Source: Octopus vulgaris (lineage: Eukaryota). Taken from it: 64,000 nt of DNA. The notes beneath the pieces were generated by a model. The model was given only the letters and a program-made list of their open reading frames with translations, made no database searches and was not told the origin of the DNA. The translations under genes were made by a program, and so were the position numbers. Location of the stretch: positions 129,208,001-129,272,000 of the forward strand of contig OX597816.1 of assembly GCA_951406725.2 (NCBI GenBank), written 5' to 3'. Positions 60,335 through 64,000 of the stretch are shown here, one piece after another; the stretch's first letter is position 1; the number at the start of each line of letters is the position of its first letter.

Positions 60335-60885
60335 AAAATGTGCAGAAAATAGAATCCAGTGCCAGTGGGGTAAGCTAGAGGTAGTTGATAGCTTCTGCTA
60401 TCTAGGTAACCAAGTCAGTAGTGGAGGAGGATGCTCAGAGAGCATAGCTGTGAGAATAAGAATAGGCTTGGCAAAGTTCAGAGAGCTCTTACCTCTGCTG
60501 GCAACAAAAGACCTCTCCTTCAGAGTAAAAAGGCAGACTGTATGATGCCTGTGTGTGAGCAGCCAAGCTACATGGCAGTGAAACATGGACTGTGACAGCC
60601 AAGGACATGTGTAGGCTTGAAAGAAAGGAGACTGGAATGCTTTGCTGGATGTGCAATGTCTTGAGAGAAAATTTGGGCATAAGAGGCATTAGATGTGGTG
60701 TGCAAGAGAGATGACTGCACTGATATGGTCATGTGATGCATATGGATGAGGACAGCTGTGTAAAGAAGTGCCAATCTCTAAGTGTGGAGGGAACATGGGG
60801 AATAGGTAGATCCAGAAAGACATGGGAGGAGGTGGTGAAGCATGATCTTCAAACTTTGGGCCTCACAGAGGCAATGACAAATGGC
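60335..60885 (+). mobile_element. RTE RT C-terminal fragment
   Basis: KLEVVDSFCYLGNQVSSGGGCSES..RIRIGLAKFRELLPLL...HGSETW. Confidence 0.8.
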
Positions 60886-61070
60886 TGAAAAGTTCAAAGG
60901 CTAACCAAAATGTGGTTTTTTATGTATTGATCATATGAAAATGGAACTCTAAAAGTGTTCAATATCCACTTGGATCATCTCTTTGATACCTTCCTGTATT
61001 AACAATTATGCTATGAAAGCCAACTGAAATACAATTGACATTCACAGGTATATACATATATGTATACATT

Positions 61071-61101
<31 letters not shown>

Positions 61102-61123
61102 GTGCATATATATGTACATATAT

Positions 61124-61166
<43 letters not shown>

Positions 61167-61188
61167 GTGCATATATATGTACATATAT

Positions 61189-61238
<50 letters not shown>

Positions 61239-61279
61239 GTACATATATGTGGAATATGGAGGACGAAAGGACTTCACTA

Positions 61280-61860
61280 CTTAATGTCAACAGCAGAGCA
61301 CTGTCTCCATTTGGCCGTCGATTGCCAGTGACCCTGTTATCCTGTGGGTTCCAATAGGCCAGCAGGAATTTTCTGAAATGCAAGCACAGTGCAAAGACCT
61401 CCGTTCGGGAGTTAAGGATGAATGTTCCCTGGGTTGATGGAGTCTTTTAGAATCCTCACCCATTCTGCTATGCATAGTTTACAGTGCTTGGTCCCATTTA
61501 TGTAGGGGCCTGGATTTTCTAGGGTTCTCCATGATATTGTGTATGAAATCCCATTATCTTTCAGCTGCCATACATGGCTGGTTAATAACGTAACATGTCT
61601 TCTTTTCAATATCCTGAAGGAGGAACTGTGGTTCGAGAGGTTTTGTTTGAGTGTGTTCCCAGAGTAGCCAATTTATCTCCATGGTCGAGTGTTGGTGGTG
61701 CTGTGTCTGTTAGAGTTGACATTGATGCTACCACTGTTGTTAGTGTTGTTGTTGTAGTTGTTGGTAATGGCACTGTTGGTAATGATGCTGTTATTGTTGT
61801 TGTTATGGTCATCATCATTAATAGAGTGTTGCCACTGCTGTTATAGATATCATTGGTGAC
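61280..61860 (-). pseudogene. Penelope-like GIY-YIG endonuclease remnant between (TA)n tracts
   Basis: *IGYSGNTLKQNLSNHSSSFR (YIG mutated to stop at 61673-61675), TLLTSHVWQLKDNG, CKLCIAE, then frameshift to LNSRTEVFALCLHFRKFLL. Confidence 0.8.
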
Positions 61861-61868
61861 ATATATAT

Positions 61869-61916
<48 letters not shown>

Positions 61917-61917
61917 G

Positions 61918-61999
<82 letters not shown>

Positions 62000-62624
62000 T
62001 GCATTTATGTGCATATGTAGACTTTATATCTGTACATACATATGAATACATCCATGTATGCATGCAGGAACATATGTATGTATGAATAAATACGTTTAAA
62101 CATGCATGCATATAAATGCATGAATGATGTCTCTGAATTCAACAGAAGCCTCAAACAGTATTCCATTCAAAATTCAGAGCAGATTTCTGTTAAAGATATG
62201 GCAATCTAAGTAAAAGTGAAAGTTGGCAGTTAGCTAGCTATTCCTGACATTGATATACTCTCTGTGTTGTAGCAAACCAAGAATAATGAACTAATCATTG
62301 AGAGATATATTTGAACTTGAGTTAAATGGAATTTCTACCAGTGAACAACAAGGAATCCTTTTCATCAAGGCCAATTCAAATTTGAAGCTGCTCCCTAACA
62401 GAGTCTCTAAAAACCTGTATGAACAAAATTCCAGTTATTCTTGAGACCAATAAAGTAATTTAATAAGTTTGATAATTATGAATTTTCAAAATTAAAGATT
62501 TGTTGTTTTGCTTTTTTTCTCATCCCATATCCACTCATACCAGTTCTGAAATAACTGCAATTCACTCCTGGTACTAAAACGTTTTCACATTCCTGCATCA
62601 TAAAATCATCTGATCTTCCAGAAA

Positions 62625-63075
62625 TACAAGAGTTGGTTGAAAAGTTCAAAGGCTAACCAAGATATTCCTACAGAATATGACCAAATGTGGTTTATTATTC
62701 AACATAGTCCCCCTTATAATCCACTCACTTCTTCCATCAGTGTTGCAGTGCTTGGATCCCATTGGTGAAGAAGCTTTCATCTTGAGAGTCAAAAAAAGTC
62801 ATCAACAACAGATATGACATCATCATCACTGCAATACTAGTTCCCAGCCAAGTAGGGGTTCTTTTATGTTGGAGAACACATGATAGTCAGATGGGGCTAA
62901 ATCAGGAGATTAGGGCAGGCGATCAGCCAGTTCAAAGCCACAGTCATGCAGAGCAACCATTGAAAGCAAGGACTTGTGTGCTGGAGCATTAAAACAAGAC
63001 CCCATTTGTCAGTTTTCCTGGGCATTCAATCTTGATAGCTTTTTGTAACTGCCTCAGTAGGTTGGTATAATTCTT
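62625..63075 (-). mobile_element. Mariner 3' fragment with one TIR
   Basis: Minus strand SPDLAPSDYHVFSNIKEPL; terminus tacaagagttggttgaaaagttcaaaggct, also seen at 60882-60906. Confidence 0.75.
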
Positions 63076-63231
63076 TATATGTACACACATGCACACATAC
63101 AACAGGCTTCTCTCAGTTTTCAGCAGTCAATTTTACTCACAAGGCTCTGGTCAGCCTGAGGCTATAGTAGAAGCCATTTGTCCAGTGTGCCACACACCGG
63201 GACTGAACTCAAAACACACATGATTGAGATA

Positions 63232-63481
63232 TTCTTTTATTTATTACAGTCATTTTGACTGCGGCCATGCTAGAGTACTGCTTTTTTGTCCAACAAATCA
63301 ACCCCAGGACTTATTTTTTGTAAGCCTAATACTTATTCTATTGATATTTTTTTGCCAGACCATTGAGTTACAGGGATGTAAACACACCAACATCGGTTAT
63401 CAAACGATGGTTGGCAGACAGACACAGACATACACACACACACACACACACACACTAACACACACACACACACACACACAC

Positions 63482-63517
<36 letters not shown>

Positions 63518-63665
63518 GATGGGCTTCTTCCAGCTTCCATCTACCAAATCCATTCACAAGGCTTTGTGAGACTATAGAAGACACTTGCCCAAGGTGCCAC
63601 ACAGTGCAATTGAACCCGGAACCATGTGGTTGGTAAGCAAGCTACTTACCACACAACCACTCCTG
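63232..63665 (-). mobile_element. SINE family A, full length
   Basis: Homology to 27226-27634. Confidence 0.85.
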
Positions 63666-64000
63666 TGTACATTTCAATAATTATAACACTATTTTCCTTT
63701 ATTGGAAGGCAGCAATATTTGGCTGCATTATCAAGAATCAGAACTTCTATGCCCACATTTTTAGGACACATTGAATGAACATCAAGAGCTGGCAGAGTAT
63801 ATGACTTCAGCACATGATAAAGTGTGTAGTGAAGGCTAGGGGCTGTCTGAGACTGTTGATCCTTTGCAGTGTTTAAGTCATAGGACTGCAGCCATGTTGA
63901 GGCACCACTTCTAATGGGGTTCATCAGTCATATTTATCCCAGTACTTATATAACCGTAATATTTATTTTATCAGTTTCAATCTAATTAATTGAACCACTA

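Noticed and set aside
61090-61190. Duplicated palindrome atatatgcacgtgcatatat
   Set aside because: Explained by slippage duplication within (TA)n.

Overview
Eukaryotic, AT-rich, repeat-saturated DNA with no host protein-coding exon I can support. The SINE families, RTE/R4 LINEs and microsatellite load suggest an octopus (coleoid cephalopod) intron or intergenic region; this is inference. Most ORFs in the track are microsatellite read-throughs. The real coding content is transposon-derived: one intact full-length RTE LINE (APE + RT, 7-bp TSD, inserted in a SINE), three R4/Dong-type RLE LINEs (one nearly intact, sitting in (TAA)n), many RTE fragments, two full-length decayed mariners plus a fragment, and two Penelope-like (RT/GIY-YIG) remnants. 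Non-coding elements include a non-autonomous Helitron, MITEs and tRNA-derived SINEs. The main hidden signal is about ten minimal type I hammerhead ribozyme (HHR) motifs from about six unrelated short repeat families, most flanked by (TA)n. One family is a tRNA-headed (Pol III) SINE carrying an HHR with Penelope-type insertion architecture (inverted 3'-end cap, ~31-nt tail, 12-bp TSD), a candidate Penelope-mobilised ribozyme SINE. All calls are by eye; no searches or folding were run.
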